Part shown: one piece after another, positions 62,548 through 64,000 of the stretch
How positions within the stretch are numbered: position 1 is the first letter of the stretch
How the letters are laid out: every line of letters begins with the position of its first letter
NCBI GenBank assembly: GCA_030390025.1
Contig: CM059432.1
Coordinates: 15,502,001-15,566,000, forward strand
Source: Squalus acanthias
Taxonomy: Eukaryota
Reading direction: 5' to 3'
DNA length: 64,000 nucleotides
The notes under the pieces: model-generated
Databases searched by the model: none
Told to the model about the DNA's origin: nothing
The model's input: the letters and a program-made list of their open reading frames with translations, nothing else
Translations under genes and position numbers: made by a program

Positions 62548-62969
62548 TCACGATACATGACGTAGAGTCATCCAGACTCAAGTCGTCGTTGGCTTGTTCA
62601 CAGATGTGATTTCCAGTAAAAAAAAGTTAAAATTTTAAAGTTTATCGTTTTCCATACAGACTGCAGCTTTTGACACATTAGACCCCCTGTAACCCCACCT
62701 CATTGTCTCAGTTGTATCTTGCTATGTCTTTGATGTGGTGCCTTCCTGGCTGACCTGATTGTTTATCTGCCGAGGTGTGACAAAAGGTAGTCAGGAGGAT
62801 TAAATGTAGTCGTCTGCCATTGTACGCTTCACATGCATTGTTCTCTATCTATATATGCTTTGTCGATTTGTATTCCTTTACTTCACCTGACGAAGGAGCA
62901 GCGCTCCGAAAGCTTGTGATTTCAAATAAAACTGTTGGACTATAACCTGGTGTTGTGCGACTTCTCACT
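62548..62969 (+). mobile_element. Penelope pLTR insert with hammerhead
   Basis: 11-bp TSD ATAGTGAATAG (62537-62547, 62970-62980); ends TGGACTATAACCTGGTGTTGTGCGACTTCTCA like the other family A copies. Confidence 0.82.
62883..62919 (+). ncRNA. Minimal hammerhead motif (family A)
   Basis: TCAC-CTGACGA-A-GGAGC AGC GCTCC-GAAA-GCTT-GTGA. Confidence 0.72.
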
Positions 62970-64000
62970 ATAGTGAATAGGGAAGGTGTATGGATGTTAA
63001 AAAGGAAGAAAGTTTATAAACCTTAGGACAAGGCCAGCATTTATTGCCCATCCCTAATTGCCCTTGAGAAGGTGGTGGTGAGCCGCCTTCTTGAACCACT
63101 GCAGTCCGTGTGGTGAAGGTACCCCCACAATGCTGTTAGGGAGGGAGTTCCAGGATTTTGACCCAGCAACGATAAAGGAATGGCGATATATTTCCAAGTT
63201 AGGATGGTGTGTATCTTGGAGGAGAACTTGGAGGTGGTGGTGTTCTCATGCGCCTGCTGCCCTTGTCCTTCTAGATGGTAGAAGTTGCGGGTTTGGGAGG
63301 TGTTGCCGAAGAAGCCTTGGCGAGTTGCTGCAGTGCATCTTGTAGATGGTACACACTGCAGCCATGGAACGCCGGTGGTGGAGGGAGTGGATGTTTAAGG
63401 TGGTGGATGGGGTGCCAATCAAGTGGGCTGCTTTGTCCTGGATGGTGTCGAGCTTCTTGGGTGATAAGTGGCGTTCCGCAGAGATTTGTACTGGGTCCTC
63501 AGCTCTTCACCATATACATCAATGACTTGGATGAAGGATAGAGAGTTGTATATCCAAGTTTGCAGATGACACCAAGTTAGGAGGCAGAGTAAGTTGTGTA
63601 GTTGAGCAGGAAATTTCAAAGGAACATAGGCAGATTAAGTGAGTGGGCAAAACTGTGGCAGATGAAGTGCAATGTGGGGAAGTTTGAAGTCATGCATTTT
63701 GGATCCAAGAATAACATCAGAATATTTTCTAAATGGTGAGTGACTGGGGACTGTGGAGGAGCAAAGAGATTTGGGTATCCAGATAAACAAATCAATAAAA
63801 GCTAGTGCACAGGTATAAAAAAATTATCAAAAAGGCTAATGGAATGTTGACCCATATCTCAAGGGGGCTGGATTACAAAAAGGGGAGGAAGTTATACTTC
63901 AGTTGTACAGAGCCTTGGTCAGATACCATTCGGACTACTGCGTTCAGCTTTGGATGTCGCACCTCAGGCAGGATATATTAGACCTTGGCAGGGGTACAAC

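Larger units (their letters stand above)
60935..64000 (+). mobile_element. Old CR1 ORF2 interrupted by a MITE, a SINE, a Penelope pLTR and a LINE-B fragment (63028-63460, -)
   Basis: CR1 segments at 60935-61022, 61766-61834, 62017-62547, 62970-63027 and 63460-64000 (KSPGPD, NYRHVSL, GRSCLTNL, FADDTKLGG). Confidence 0.8.

Overview
Eukaryotic, repeat-dominated vertebrate DNA. The repeat repertoire (CR1 and L2 LINEs, Deu-domain tRNA SINEs, Penelope-like elements, PIF/Harbinger transposons) suggests a cartilaginous fish (inference). Only one intact host coding region is supported: an LRRC30-like leucine-rich-repeat ORF at 52521-53420 (-). The rest is largely nested transposable elements, many with readable target-site duplications (TSDs). 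Most interesting observations: (1) an apparently ORF1-less APE-RT LINE (4722-7946, -) whose 5' end is a tRNA-Thr(AGT)-like Pol III head, with SINE-like head/body+tail derivatives elsewhere in the window; (2) six minimal hammerhead-ribozyme motifs in two Penelope pLTR families showing stem covariation, several in tiny TSD-flanked retrozyme-like inserts; (3) a dense set of Harbinger transposase/Myb remnants and MITEs, two of which share a promoter-hairpin-splice-donor layout; (4) a 228-bp solo LTR; (5) a GT-rich satellite split by LINE insertions. Boundaries of degenerate elements are approximate, and no database searches were run.
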